Source: a virus. From it: a stretch of 64,000 nt of DNA. The notes beneath the pieces are model-generated. The model saw only the letters and a list, made by a program, of their open reading frames with translations. It did no database searches and was not told where the DNA came from. The DNA lies in the IMG/VR virus record IMGVR_UViG_3300025853_000057, positions 1 to 64,000 of that record; one strand, 5' to 3'. Positions 29,401 through 38,994 of this stretch are shown here, in pieces; position 1 is the stretch's first letter, and every line of letters starts with the position of its first letter. The translations under genes were made by a program, and so were the position numbers.

Positions 29401-32400
29401 AATAATAATGCCAAAGCCTGAATAGGGTCTATAATTTTAGACTTGAGGTTATCTGTTTTAACTTGCTCTTTAAAAGCTTCATCGTCTACATCAAATCCTT
29501 CAGAATCTACAATAAATCCTACTTCATTATTACCAGAGATTGAGCCTACATTAATCTTAGCTCCTTTCATTGAAGAGTCATAAGCTAGAATATCTGTACC
29601 AGTACTTTCTAAGTAATTTAAAGTATCATGGTTTAATCTCTCAGAAGGTATAGGTTTCCAAATAGCATGGATTTGCTTATATAACTCTTGCATTCTATTT
29701 ACATCATTTACCCTTCTTGCATCAAAAAGTAAATCATATAGATAGTCTAGCTGCTCTCTATCTTCCTTTGTCTCTACATAAGAAGTCTGGCTTCTTAGTA
29801 AGGTAACAATAGAAGTTTTATCATAGAACCAACGGTTAGTACCTACAATTTTTCTAGGCATAACTAAGGCTCCTGCATCCTTTAGAGTTTTAATCTCTGA
29901 AGGAGTAAGCTTATAACCTTTTTCTAATCTGTTATAGATTTCATCAACAGCTTTAGTTTTCTTACCTAGTGAAGTCAAATACTTTCTTCTGTACCAACTT
30001 AATGTTCCTATGTTTTGTGCATCTGTAGTATCTTGTGAATCAAGGTCTTTTATATTAGCTGCATCAACACTATCTTTATCAAATCTATCTTTAGCTTCTA
30101 CAGACCTAACTACAGCTACTTTAGTAGTACCTGTACCTAATGGAGGTCCAGCAGCAATTGTTTTAGACATTCTTTTGATAAAGTCTACCATATCCTTATA
30201 GCTCATCTTTAGGTTACCATGTATAAGGTTTCCAAAAGCCATTGAGCCTAGCATATCATTAAAGAAGTATTCTTTGAGCCTTGTTATATTAACTGTACCA
30301 TCATTCTTTTCATAGAATTTAGGCAGCATTTTGTTTTTGTATACTGTTACTGTTTCTGCTTCTTCAGCAACAGCTTCTTCAGATTTTTCCTCTTCTTGAG
30401 TTTTTTTCTCATCACTAGTAGTCTCTTCTTTTCTAATAAGACTTCTAGCAGGAGAAGCAAGTGTTTCTAAGTATTGACCAAAAAGGTCTTGAGCATAAGA
30501 CTGAATAAAAGGTTCTAACCTTTCTTTAGTCAAAGGCTTGCCCTCTCTAGCATCAGCTAATAACTGTTGATAAAGTTCAGGACTATATTTCTGTAGTGCA
30601 GCTTTATACAAGAAGAAATCATGGCCTTTACCTTTTGTATAGTCTTTAGTACCATCTTCTCTTAGTTTGTAGTGGTAACCTTCAATATCAAAAACAGGAT
30701 TACCATTATTGTCTACACCATCATTTTCTAAAATAAACTTAATCTCTTGCTGTACATTAGCTAAATCCTCATACTCCTGTAGTATGTCTCTAAACAAAAA
30801 CTCTACACCTAAAGTATTTAATTCCCCATCTCTGTTAACAAATTCATGTACAGGAAGATTAGTAGCTGTTTGAGTATTTTTATCAGAGTTTACTTGTGTA
30901 ATAAAAGGTGCTAGAGTTCTTTCTTTAGCTCTATTATCTTTAGCCAAGCCTCTTGCTCCAGGAAGTCTAAATAGTTTTCTAAGTTTATTGCCTATACTTT
31001 CAGCAAACATACTTAGTTTAACTAAGTCTATGCCTCCTCCATCTAGCTCTGCATAGGATGAAGCATCACTATTTTTGTAAGTATCTTCTACAAATTCAGC
31101 TTCTCCATCTACTTCCACTTCAGATAATGAAGTAGTTCTAAGACCATCCATTAAGAATGTCTGTAGCTGCTTTAACACAGCTAAGGAGTAAGCTTCATTA
31201 TCTTCTGTTATTAAAGTGCTAGTAGTGTTACCATCACTATTAACTTGATACTCTACACCATTTAGGTATGGGTTATGTTTAATAGCTTGATAAAACTTCT
31301 TAGCTATATAGTAAGGATAAGGAGTACCTTCATACTTAAACATCTCTTGAGCTATTAAAGCTCCTTCATCATCAGATACTTTATCTCTAATAGCTCTAAG
31401 TAATTCCTTAGCAGTTTCTGTTCTTTTGTTCCACTTCTTAGTCTCAGATATTAGATATGTTTTTTGAATGAAAGAATATATATCCTGACCTTTAGCATTT
31501 TGGAAAGTAGTAGTACCTACAGATTCATCAAATACAGCATTGTTTTCTGCAATAGCCTGCAATCTACCAATGGCCCCTCTATCTGTTTTAGTATCACTTT
31601 CATTTAGATTCTTTACAAATGGATTGTTTTGTGCAGCTATAGAAGAACTTAAACCTGTTAAATCATCTTTAGTTAAAGGCTTTACATCAGAAAATAAATA
31701 CACTTCTTCTAGTAAACCTTCATAAAAATCTTTTTCATTAGGTGTTTCAGGTTTAGATATATACTGCTCAAGAGTGTTAACATGATTACTTAGGATGCTA
31801 AATCTTATATACCCTTCAGATAGATTTATACCTAAATCACTAAAAGCATTTTTAATAGATTGAATAGCATTACTTAGGTTTTCTTCACTTTCTATATTTT
31901 CAGAGTCGGTAAAAACACTTCTAATGTTTTTAATTAGCTCTAAGTTCTCTTCTCTATACTGCATATTATTTCTACCACTATTGATGAAAGCTTTAGCCCA
32001 TTCATTAAACTGGGTTATATTAACATCTCTAGTGTTAGACTTAAATGTTTTAAAGTCCTTTTTAGCTTTATCATAAAGGACTACTAACTGCTCTGCTTTA
32101 TCCAAAGCAAATGCAGAAGCAAAAGTAGAGAACAAAGCAGACTGCTGTAATACTTCAATATCTTTTTGTAACTCAGAGTCTCTAGAATCAAAATTCTCAA
32201 AGCCTAAGTCCTCTAATTGTAAGTTTATATTTGTAGTTAGGTGGTCATAGAAAGCAGCTACATTACTATTGGTTCTAGCTAAATTTTTAAGCTTAGAAAG
32301 CATATCTTTAGGGTGAGTACTTTGCAAACCTCTTTGTACAGCAGTATAGATAGTATAAGGGTTTGAAGCCATTTGGAATTTATCATTAGATAAATCTGCT

Positions 32401-35400
32401 AATTCTCCAAAACCAAATTCATCAATAGCTTGAGAAGAGAAAGCTATAAACTTTCTCATTTCTTTAGACAGTTGTACAAATCCTCCTACCTCTGCAATGT
32501 TTACATCAAAAGCTCTTTCAGGAGCATCATCAGCAAAGCTTTCTTCCTGAGCATTTTCTTCTACAGTATTAATATCAAATACTTGAAGCCTCATTTCTAT
32601 TTCATCAGTGAGAAGTTTTTCATTCTCAGGAATACTTAAAGACTTAGAAATATTACGAATCTTACCTACAATTTGAACAGCTTTAGGCTTATTAGATTTT
32701 ACCAAAGCATCTATCTCAGTTCTAAAATTTTCTACAGAATAGTAGTTACTAGACATATCCCTTATTAGGTCTAATATATCTCTTTTAGACAAAGAGCCTT
32801 TTTCAGACTTTAGCTGTAGAGCTTTGATAGCTAAAGTATTTATAATCCTTTCACTTTGGTCTTTATTAAGAAATCCTCTTTCAAGAGACTTAGTTTGATT
32901 ATTGTAATAAGGTTCTCTTTTAAGTAAAGCAAACGCAGGTTTCCTAAAACTTTGGAGCTTGTTATAAGGCTTTGCTGTTCTAAATTTACCTGAATAAATA
33001 TCTTGGAATAAAATGTCTAAGTCATTCTTATTAGACTTTACAAACCCTAATAGCTTCTTAATCTTATGATATAGTATTCCTAGAATACCTTTAGGCTTCT
33101 GCTCTTGTTCTAAAGCATACTTTTTAAAAGCTTCTGCCATTTGTTCTTCTAACCATAGTTTCTCTAACTCTAATCTAGTTAGGTCAGCAAACATCGAAGA
33201 AGAGTTTCTAAGGTCATTTAGGTCTTGTAATGTAGGATTACCATAGGCTTTTCTAGCTGCAAAATAGTAACTGTTTATTTGAGTAGGACTTAACAAAGTT
33301 CTAAATACTGCATGGAAAGCCTCATGGTACTCAGTTCCTACACCTGCTTTTTTAGATAGGTAAATTACATTGTTATAAAAAGCTCCCCATGTAATACCAT
33401 TATTTCTTACATTATTTAGTAAGTTCCTAACATCATCCATAGAGAAAATCCCATTAGGATTCTCTGGAGTTCTCATGTTAAGCATTCTGGCTAAAGTTTG
33501 TTCAGCCTTTTTAATGTCTATCTTTTCTTTAGCTTCTGTTTGACTAATACTAAAAGGAGCTTCATCTCCTTCATCTTTAGACTTTAGTTCTGCAAGCCTT
33601 CTTTCTAACTCTATATGCTCAGGAGAATTTTCTACTAAAGTTCCTAAAGCTAATCCTTCATCTATCTGATTTTGTAAATTTCCAATAGTATCTTGAGGAA
33701 TATTCTGTTGAGTAGGAGTACTTTCTAAAGGAGCTAGTTCTGCATTAGCTTTTGCTAATCTTTCTTCTGCAATAGCCTTGTATTTATTATATTGAGCATT
33801 TATAAATTCTTCAGCTTGTTCATAAGAATCAAAAAAAGTAACTTCTACTTCAGCTCTTTCAGTAAGGTTTCCATCTGCGTCAACTTCTGCTGGTTTATGA
33901 ATTTTTGTAATTACGTCAACTCCCTCTTGTGTGGTATCTTTACGCTCGTCTTTAAAGTCTCTTACATCATAAATATTTCCAACATCGTGTTTTTGCCCAA
34001 CATTAAATTTTGGATGATTAGCATTTGGATTTAATTTAGATTCTACATTATCTAATTGCCTTTGAGCTTTTTCTACATCATCTTTAGTATCTGTAGCTGT
34101 AGATTCTGGTTTTTCTCCACCTGGGACAGCTTCACCTGAACTTAATAATAACCTACCTTTAATTGCAGAACGTAGCTCTGCAATATCCTCATCTGTAAGG
34201 CCATGTTGCTGTTTCAATGCTTGAAGAAGCATATCTACTTGAGCTTTATCCTTTAGCTGCTCAATAGGTATTCCTTTAATTTTCTCTTTAAATGCTTGTT
34301 TAGCTTTATCTCTGTCAGACTTAGAAGTGTCTTGACCAGATTCTTCTTTTTCTACTTTTTTCTTATATGTTCTGCTTCTAGCATTTAAAGTAAGTTTAAA
34401 TACAGGAGCAGAATGTAGTTTAATTTGAGAAAGGTTTTCTGCTGTATTTTCATCATTTACAGCATCAATCTTTTTTAGAATATTACCTATTTTAATAACC
34501 TTACCAGCAGTATCAAGTACTCCTTGGTTTTCAGGGTTTTTCTCATGGTAGTATTTTATTTGACCATTAATCTTTTCAATTAAAGTCTTTAAGCTTTTAA
34601 TCTCTTCGTTAAAGAAATATAGCTTACCATCCTTTACAGATAACTTTAAGTTAATAAAAGCTTTAAAAGCTTTTTCCTTACTTCCAGGAGAGGAAAGCTG
34701 CAACTGTACTTTAACAGTATCATTATCTTCATAAGACACTACTGAAATCTCTGCTTCTGAAGAATTAGACTTAATGTAATTTCCATCTTTATCTTGAGCA
34801 GAAGTCTTTATAGATAAGAATAAGTTATTACCTGAAGAATCTTTAACAGTAACAGGTTTTATCTCTTCTCCTTCTTTTCTAGACTTTTTGTTAGTAACCT
34901 GCTCTTCTGCTGCTTTTAAAATACCATCTACTATTTCAGGAACACCATCTTCTTCTAGAGGAGCTGTTACTGAAGGAAATCCTAAAGAAGCCATTCCTAC
35001 AGTACCTTTAGTACTGCCAGGATATAGAAGAGCAAATTGGCTGTTTACACCCTCTAAATTAGGATTAGCCTTTATACTATTTTCATATAAAGTTTGTATA
35101 GCTCTGTAAGCTTTATCTTCTTCATTTAGTAATCTCCAAGAGTTTCCTTCTTTTACATATATGTCTAAGCGGTCTGCTCTTCTACTAACTACAATAGTAT
35201 CAGATTTAGATACTTCTTTACCTTTCTCTTTGTAAGAATAGGCTACACTTACTTCTTTCTTAGAATTATCTAAGTATTCTTCTAAAGAAGGTCTGTTCTC
35301 TAAAAGCTCATCTTTTAAACTATTATAGCCAAATCTAGATTTTACAAAGAATGTCTTCTTAATGAACTCTGGAGTTATTTCTTCACCCTTGGTTAACTTA

Positions 35401-38400
35401 TCAAATAAGCTAACCATAGCATTGAAGTTCTCAGTAAATACTTCTCCTTGCTTAGTAAGGACAAGATTTCCATTCTCTATAGCAACAAAAGAAGGATTTA
35501 AAAGCTTTACATGGTTAAAATTATCTATACTGAACTTTGAACCATCAGGCATAGTAAACCTGTTAGGGTCAGCTAAACCTCCTATCCTTACCTTCTTACC
35601 TTTGTATGTTACATATACATAAGCTCCTTTACCTGTCTGTCCTGTAACACCTTTAGTAATTTGAATAGCAGGATTTCTATCACTAGAAAATTGCACACCA
35701 CCTTCTGCATAGTCTTCTATAACTACAGTCATAGACTTAGCTATTTCAGCAGGAGTCATATTTCCTAAAGCTTCTTTACCTTCAGCATCTACAAAATCAT
35801 CAGATATAAATACTTCAGATATGCTAGAAGAAGTAAACAGAATAGGAAGACTTTTTTCAGAAGTAGGAGAATTTTCTAAGTTTTTAATTAAAGCTTCTAT
35901 ATCACCAATAAATTTTTGCAGTTTTCCAGACTCTAAATACTCATTAAAAGCTGCTTGGTTTTCAGTACCAGTAAGACCAGCTCTACGCTTTAAAGCTTCT
36001 AACTTTTCTTTAGCATATTTTAACTTAGCTTTAGTCTTACCAATTTTTACATCTAAAGTATCTTCTTTAGTGTAACTAGGAGGCATGCCTTCATTAAACT
36101 CTTTAATCCATGCAGCTACAGCAGGATTTGCTTGTTCCTGCTCTTGACCTAAGTCAGGTAGTTCTTCTTCTTCCTCAGTAGGAGTTTCAGCAGTCATAGA
36201 ACCATCAGGGTCACTAATAGAAGCTTTGTTAAGACGCTTGCCTATAGTATCATATAGTTTCTCTTGAACATTTCTAAGTTTATATTCTTGAGCTACCATA
36301 GGATTTACGCTAATACCAGCAGTAGTCATACCTAAATCAGAAGCTGCTTGCTCTTCTATAGCTGTAAACTTAGCAGCTTCATCTAAAAGCTCTTTAATAC
36401 TATCATTAAAAGCTTCAGCTCCTTTCTTACTAGCTAGTCTATTAACTTCATTAACAAACATTTGCCTTCTAGCAGCAAGCTTTTCTAAGTCTTTTAATTT
36501 TTGCTCTATATCAAATTTATTATCAAAATAATACTTTTCTACTTCTTTCTTTAAGTTAATTACATTATCTACTTCTTCTTTAAAAGCATCAAAGTCCAAG
36601 TAAGATGCTTCTATATCTGCTTTTTTAGTATTAGCTTTTCTAGCTTCATATTCTCTTTCAACTAAAACATCTACCCTAGCTCTTTGTTTTTCTACTTTAG
36701 CAGTAGCTTCTTCTATAGCTTTTTCATTAGGGCTTTTCTTAAGTTGTTCTTTAGTAAGTTTAGCTTCAGCTTCTTGAAGGCTATTTAATTCTTCTTCATA
36801 GGTATTTAACCACCCTTTACTACCTTTTACTGCGTTATTAAAACGCATAGCATCCATTAGACTTCTTTCGTCTATATTTAAGTTTTCAGCTATTTCCTTA
36901 GCTAAAGATGCTTCTCTTTCATCTAAGTTGTCTACAGAAGACATACTATAGGCTAAAGCTCTTCTAATGTCCTCATTAAAAGCAGAACCTACTGTCTTAG
37001 CTTTATTTATATTTTTTCTTATAGACCTTGCTCTTGTAAGCAAGCTTTGTTTTACTTCATCTTTTCTACGAGAAATATCTTCGTCTGACATATTTTCATA
37101 GCCAAACATGCTCATAAAATCTTCATCACTAAGCTCTGAGGTATATTCCTCAATCATAGTTTCAACAGCTTGGTAATCTCCAAGTCTCATTCTAAACTCT
37201 ACTTCAGAGAAGAAGGCTTCATGTTCAGCGTTTTTAGCACTAAACATATCTCCACTCTCTAGAGCTTCACTATATTCTTGATTAGCTTTATGTTGAGAAG
37301 CTACTTTTTCAACTAAGGCTTTTATTCTGTCTTTAGGATTAGAAGCATCAGCTTCTAAAATATATTCATCTCTAAGAGGGTCTAATTTATCTTTACCTAG
37401 AGATTCCCAAATACCTCCTTGCCATCCTAAACCTTTGCCTGTAGAAGAAGGTCCTACAAAACCTGCACCACCAATGATAGCACCAAGAATACCTTCTTTC
37501 CAACCTTCTTTAGAACCATAAGTTTCTGCAAGACCTTTAGCAAAAGATTCTGCTAAATCTACTTGTTCTTGTTTGTTCTCTACATCTAAGTATCCTGCTA
37601 CATAGTCTAAAGCTGTAGCATTGATAGTACCTTGACCCATTTCTTCAAAGATGCCTTCTGCTACAGGTCTTTCTGCTACATTATATACTTTGTTAAAAGC
37701 TTTTCTATAGTTGCTTTGATAATCAGATTTTTTAATATACTCCTGTTTCTTAAGTTCTTCTATAGGAGTGTTAGTCCTTTTAGAAGCTCTAGCTAATTGT
37801 TTGTTAGATAGGTTTTCTGTCTTTGTTAAACCCTTAGCTACTTTATCTTTTTCTTGTTTTAATGCTCTACCTATTTTTCCTGGAAGTTTAGGACCAAATG
37901 TAGTAGGTAGTGTAATCATGTTACCTACACTAACTAAAGCTGAGTTAGCTGCAAATACACCATTAGCTACATTATAGATTTTATCCATAGCTTCAGCTAA
38001 CTCAACTTCTGAAGGCTCTCTACCATTTTCTTTTATAAAGTCTTCAATAAATTGAGTTCTAGCTTCATCTGCATAGTGCCTAGCTTCTACACCAGCTTCA
38101 TAGAATGTACCAGTACCTATCTTCCTTAAACCTCCTAATACCTCGTCTGCTGTATTTAAGTTGCCTAGTGTGTTTAATCTTCTAGTAGCATCTCCTACCT
38201 TAGAAGTTTTAGTGAAAGCTTTTAAAGCTCTAGTGGTTCTACCTAATGCGACAGGAGTAGCCATACCTGCTGTTAGCATTTCTGTAAGTACAGCACCAGC
38301 TACAAAAGACATACCTGATAATACATCATTAGCCCAAAAGTTAGCTGTAAACATTTCTCGTAATAGGCTATAATCTTCAACTTCCTTTCTTACATAGTTA

Positions 38401-38936
38401 GGAAGATACTCATCCATAGCAGCATTAGCATCATCTAAAGCTCTTTGGAATGCATTATCATAAACATTCTTAAAACTTCCTGTAGCTGCCCCATAGACTA
38501 ATCCAGGAATCATAAGTAAACCTCCAGCTACATTAGTTGCTGTTTTTCCTAAAAACTTAATACTCCCATTAGCCCATTGGTCTGCTACAGATTGGTCTTC
38601 TGCAAACAGGTCTTCAATATCTGCACCTATATATGGAGTTTGTCCAGTTTTTTCTACATACTCTCTATACCTTTCAGCAGCTTCACCTGTTAACCTCTTA
38701 GGTTTAAAAGCAGGGTCTGCTGGAGATAATATAGGTTCTTCTCCTGTAGATTCAAAGAAGTCTTGTTCAGGGTAAGCTTCTTCAAATTCTTTAATTCTTT
38801 CATATTGTTTGAATTGTTCCTCCATTGGAGAAACATTAGGAGCATAAGTATTAAAGAAAGCATCATCATTAGTATTACCAGCATTAGGATTATCAATGTA
38901 TTCCCATTCGCCAGTAGCTTCGTTAAATTCCCACAT
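23457..38936 (-). CDS. Giant virion-packaged DNA-dependent RNA polymerase polyprotein (crAss-type)
   Basis: YGVRIPT...SGADFDVD catalytic motif (DFDVD at 28659-28673), DNGKDP; two HExxH motifs (HEAFH, HEFAH); C-terminal VYHGT..F..F ART-like motif; N-terminal hydrophobic helices. Confidence 0.85.
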   Translation of the reverse strand: MWEFNEATGEWEYIDNPNAGNTNDDAFFNTYAPNVSPMEEQFKQYERIKEFEEAYPEQDFFESTGEEPILSPADPAFKPKRLTGEAAERYREYVEKTGQTPYIGADIEDLFAEDQSVADQWANGSIKFLGKTATNVAGGLLMIPGLVYGAATGSFKNVYDNAFQRALDDANAAMDEYLPNYVRKEVEDYSLLREMFTANFWANDVLSGMSFVAGAVLTEMLTAGMATPVALGRTTRALKAFTKTSKVGDATRRLNTLGNLNTADEVLGGLRKIGTGTFYEAGVEARHYADEARTQFIEDFIKENGREPSEVELAEAMDKIYNVANGVFAANSALVSVGNMITLPTTFGPKLPGKIGRALKQEKDKVAKGLTKTENLSNKQLARASKRTNTPIEELKKQEYIKKSDYQSNYRKAFNKVYNVAERPVAEGIFEEMGQGTINATALDYVAGYLDVENKQEQVDLAESFAKGLAETYGSKEGWKEGILGAIIGGAGFVGPSSTGKGLGWQGGIWESLGKDKLDPLRDEYILEADASNPKDRIKALVEKVASQHKANQEYSEALESGDMFSAKNAEHEAFFSEVEFRMRLGDYQAVETMIEEYTSELSDEDFMSMFGYENMSDEDISRRKDEVKQSLLTRARSIRKNINKAKTVGSAFNEDIRRALAYSMSSVDNLDEREASLAKEIAENLNIDERSLMDAMRFNNAVKGSKGWLNTYEEELNSLQEAEAKLTKEQLKKSPNEKAIEEATAKVEKQRARVDVLVEREYEARKANTKKADIEASYLDFDAFKEEVDNVINLKKEVEKYYFDNKFDIEQKLKDLEKLAARRQMFVNEVNRLASKKGAEAFNDSIKELLDEAAKFTAIEEQAASDLGMTTAGISVNPMVAQEYKLRNVQEKLYDTIGKRLNKASISDPDGSMTAETPTEEEEELPDLGQEQEQANPAVAAWIKEFNEGMPPSYTKEDTLDVKIGKTKAKLKYAKEKLEALKRRAGLTGTENQAAFNEYLESGKLQKFIGDIEALIKNLENSPTSEKSLPILFTSSSISEVFISDDFVDAEGKEALGNMTPAEIAKSMTVVIEDYAEGGVQFSSDRNPAIQITKGVTGQTGKGAYVYVTYKGKKVRIGGLADPNRFTMPDGSKFSIDNFNHVKLLNPSFVAIENGNLVLTKQGEVFTENFNAMVSLFDKLTKGEEITPEFIKKTFFVKSRFGYNSLKDELLENRPSLEEYLDNSKKEVSVAYSYKEKGKEVSKSDTIVVSRRADRLDIYVKEGNSWRLLNEEDKAYRAIQTLYENSIKANPNLEGVNSQFALLYPGSTKGTVGMASLGFPSVTAPLEEDGVPEIVDGILKAAEEQVTNKKSRKEGEEIKPVTVKDSSGNNLFLSIKTSAQDKDGNYIKSNSSEAEISVVSYEDNDTVKVQLQLSSPGSKEKAFKAFINLKLSVKDGKLYFFNEEIKSLKTLIEKINGQIKYYHEKNPENQGVLDTAGKVIKIGNILKKIDAVNDENTAENLSQIKLHSAPVFKLTLNARSRTYKKKVEKEESGQDTSKSDRDKAKQAFKEKIKGIPIEQLKDKAQVDMLLQALKQQHGLTDEDIAELRSAIKGRLLLSSGEAVPGGEKPESTATDTKDDVEKAQRQLDNVESKLNPNANHPKFNVGQKHDVGNIYDVRDFKDERKDTTQEGVDVITKIHKPAEVDADGNLTERAEVEVTFFDSYEQAEEFINAQYNKYKAIAEERLAKANAELAPLESTPTQQNIPQDTIGNLQNQIDEGLALGTLVENSPEHIELERRLAELKSKDEGDEAPFSISQTEAKEKIDIKKAEQTLARMLNMRTPENPNGIFSMDDVRNLLNNVRNNGITWGAFYNNVIYLSKKAGVGTEYHEAFHAVFRTLLSPTQINSYYFAARKAYGNPTLQDLNDLRNSSSMFADLTRLELEKLWLEEQMAEAFKKYALEQEQKPKGILGILYHKIKKLLGFVKSNKNDLDILFQDIYSGKFRTAKPYNKLQSFRKPAFALLKREPYYNNQTKSLERGFLNKDQSERIINTLAIKALQLKSEKGSLSKRDILDLIRDMSSNYYSVENFRTEIDALVKSNKPKAVQIVGKIRNISKSLSIPENEKLLTDEIEMRLQVFDINTVEENAQEESFADDAPERAFDVNIAEVGGFVQLSKEMRKFIAFSSQAIDEFGFGELADLSNDKFQMASNPYTIYTAVQRGLQSTHPKDMLSKLKNLARTNSNVAAFYDHLTTNINLQLEDLGFENFDSRDSELQKDIEVLQQSALFSTFASAFALDKAEQLVVLYDKAKKDFKTFKSNTRDVNITQFNEWAKAFINSGRNNMQYREENLELIKNIRSVFTDSENIESEENLSNAIQSIKNAFSDLGINLSEGYIRFSILSNHVNTLEQYISKPETPNEKDFYEGLLEEVYLFSDVKPLTKDDLTGLSSSIAAQNNPFVKNLNESDTKTDRGAIGRLQAIAENNAVFDESVGTTTFQNAKGQDIYSFIQKTYLISETKKWNKRTETAKELLRAIRDKVSDDEGALIAQEMFKYEGTPYPYYIAKKFYQAIKHNPYLNGVEYQVNSDGNTTSTLITEDNEAYSLAVLKQLQTFLMDGLRTTSLSEVEVDGEAEFVEDTYKNSDASSYAELDGGGIDLVKLSMFAESIGNKLRKLFRLPGARGLAKDNRAKERTLAPFITQVNSDKNTQTATNLPVHEFVNRDGELNTLGVEFLFRDILQEYEDLANVQQEIKFILENDGVDNNGNPVFDIEGYHYKLREDGTKDYTKGKGHDFFLYKAALQKYSPELYQQLLADAREGKPLTKERLEPFIQSYAQDLFGQYLETLASPARSLIRKEETTSDEKKTQEEEKSEEAVAEEAETVTVYKNKMLPKFYEKNDGTVNITRLKEYFFNDMLGSMAFGNLIHGNLKMSYKDMVDFIKRMSKTIAAGPPLGTGTTKVAVVRSVEAKDRFDKDSVDAANIKDLDSQDTTDAQNIGTLSWYRRKYLTSLGKKTKAVDEIYNRLEKGYKLTPSEIKTLKDAGALVMPRKIVGTNRWFYDKTSIVTLLRSQTSYVETKEDREQLDYLYDLLFDARRVNDVNRMQELYKQIHAIWKPIPSERLNHDTLNYLESTGTDILAYDSSMKGAKINVGSISGNNEVGFIVDSEGFDVDDEAFKEQVKTDNLKSKIIDPIQALALLFSEQKSTTKVSVFGTTTTLGDLQDAFENLVSLRTEEGFKEMQKIISSNDKPRYTYLLKLFKESLMQTGADSYLIEMVSAMEGAEDLPKYNLNMPSTIDKLESMFLSFVSKNVLKNKAPGHKFTLRTDHGTGVMELDGKIITDKEFRSNPSKYAGKVTTRRLAYRKKDADGKYYTEIKISAQFAEHLNLKKGDELPPEILEMYGVRIPTDDKHSMGYFKVVDFLPMETGNEIIMPYEILKLSGADFDVDAEYVRVVDYFIDSNDKIHWFGQYLKADNVEEAIKQAREEYIREKSQLYDVKENTKEALLKNKKYQEALEALNNLKSELNKLKPSAEEAKQQIAEILSSIDEAFEEGNIEDADVTETSDDNLDTSLKGIKDFSELTALMLEENVARGNLKEIQRVLNQYKSKIQNTKNFIRTVRTEESIKQLDKLGYSASEDAFNQRFSEVISANRSSFEKGNISAINPLTITEINNLLVPVAGAFIYNDTNEDISNEVTSTEAFDKLEKRLREAGVKDNTEVTGIYDPLNKTNASVNNATGTKNIGPVAVFNLIFQRLAKAGVSLSAEWMEAKEVAETFKEYAKGFKLSRNQKDDSILNNVGIRVNNLIGQNLNAMTDNGKDPKASKFNMAYQLLGTSLTQMGLGKGFNEVVLSGMQPAVVQLVNLINADSSPIKEGEYSQGFFKLVAKTLGEYQGKDTEEVALTEDNLIQALLYAQDPTSSTLTEAQYNFIQVNALQTIKLFKEVSDFLRNFTDIIGLAKGAKPTFSENYNVQESIKNLGLRVVLRKDGNPQNLNDYSIEHVEGYAARDYPLDLLDLVKKDKILSTNLKAQTAIINHESPKFFLLEAKPAKDIVEVLKTSLRPNTMAIDDKAKKIRKSLLSFLSMRAYKHQYANKVKGLNLTKLFDPSYLHELYAEVSALDEVGSNEFLGALLPEVIPFKNKATRLDGHSLYKMSLNTRTKNNSDYVQKLMDSFRELYTSENPKARLFAARAFYYLLMKDGGLFKNDSFIRQIAPHYLTNISNSLDEVQDLFAGLSNKTFVRVFGISKGELIQEFVDLYARYQPNGYDLRTTSSKNLFKDYSKDEEFKAFVEELKQDKEAGNITKEQLIQIIKQNSPVFKDDRNGVIRFDLYAGVEVKPSGAFSSNDKMKMGINAQAIKGTGLVSKGSNGKLNYPAYFKIVEFSPEGIPTSRIYRLYAVQKQRSKVSIKDGLPEASDTVTLNKDGNLFNEGTDVNGVAAYYKAVNPILTKEISPFFWTIEDINAGVEALDYIREEKEEQTTTTAEEQQAEATTLSPELQNFLNQLSSVSKAEVKPETKATPTEKTPVEKKEEPSPEITKEYLLKLFDQLPNSDNKNFMKPMFNSFLSDINENKDKIESILKNLGGKNPFQSKSSEKQTINREQLSSLLDKLSAKFGIDWEFDTSIPGLGQFKNGRVLINPDKARLDTPFHEFAHPFVAIVKLQNPLLYKNLTKQVNNSELGKKTLARVQKNYPELSYEEQVEEAIVDLIGQYAADLESVKQEKGLWNAIKTFLRKVSEYIKSLLADSKKAIIPSELNPETTLEDLASMLVVDNPVNLGRLANRTYRSTPKARGTIKPGVQELFDSNPELANQVYEALGFVKGINELKVQDFKTKIGEATQLEEQVNKLKKYVEQFRTAYFVVNIDEDIQSDIFFIKEEAEEALKEYNNRGNLKFELETTVGLTEKEIEIYKDVIDFLAENPDQNPLNEEEYTGAKKLEAYLKYKHEITSKQIRKVLIGNKEKERLTDFITINLELSQAQKIEGESGLPNNLVELELSKITPQQKQQALQLYSQYLDTIFPDSKVKDIVYHGTNAKFDKFDKSFYQSGADYIYFGKLNTPGFKSLSRTITAIINLKNPSTFIDNNINKVNNDDGFIENYSKNFIQSLSEEQFEQGEFLNQYGVEKPEQIHILGSQKDIEGFRGFVNNQLQAPMESTEDRATTLFSTFVNVNDADVLELLNNCN

Positions 38937-38962
38937 ATATTATTACTTAGATAAAAGTAGAA

Positions 38963-38981
38963 TACGAATTTAAACAAAATA
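38963..38981 (-). promoter_or_regulatory. Candidate phage promoter motif TATTTT-N5/6-AATTCGTA upstream of the RNAP gene
   Basis: Similar motif recurs at 61417-61436 in another intergenic gap on the same strand. Confidence 0.35.
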
Positions 38982-38994
38982 TGTTACTTAGCTA

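Noticed and set aside
38690-38977. 95-aa alternative-frame ORF over the RNAP start
   Set aside because: Low-complexity Leu/Met run that follows from the Asn/Asp-rich RNAP frame; no independent support.
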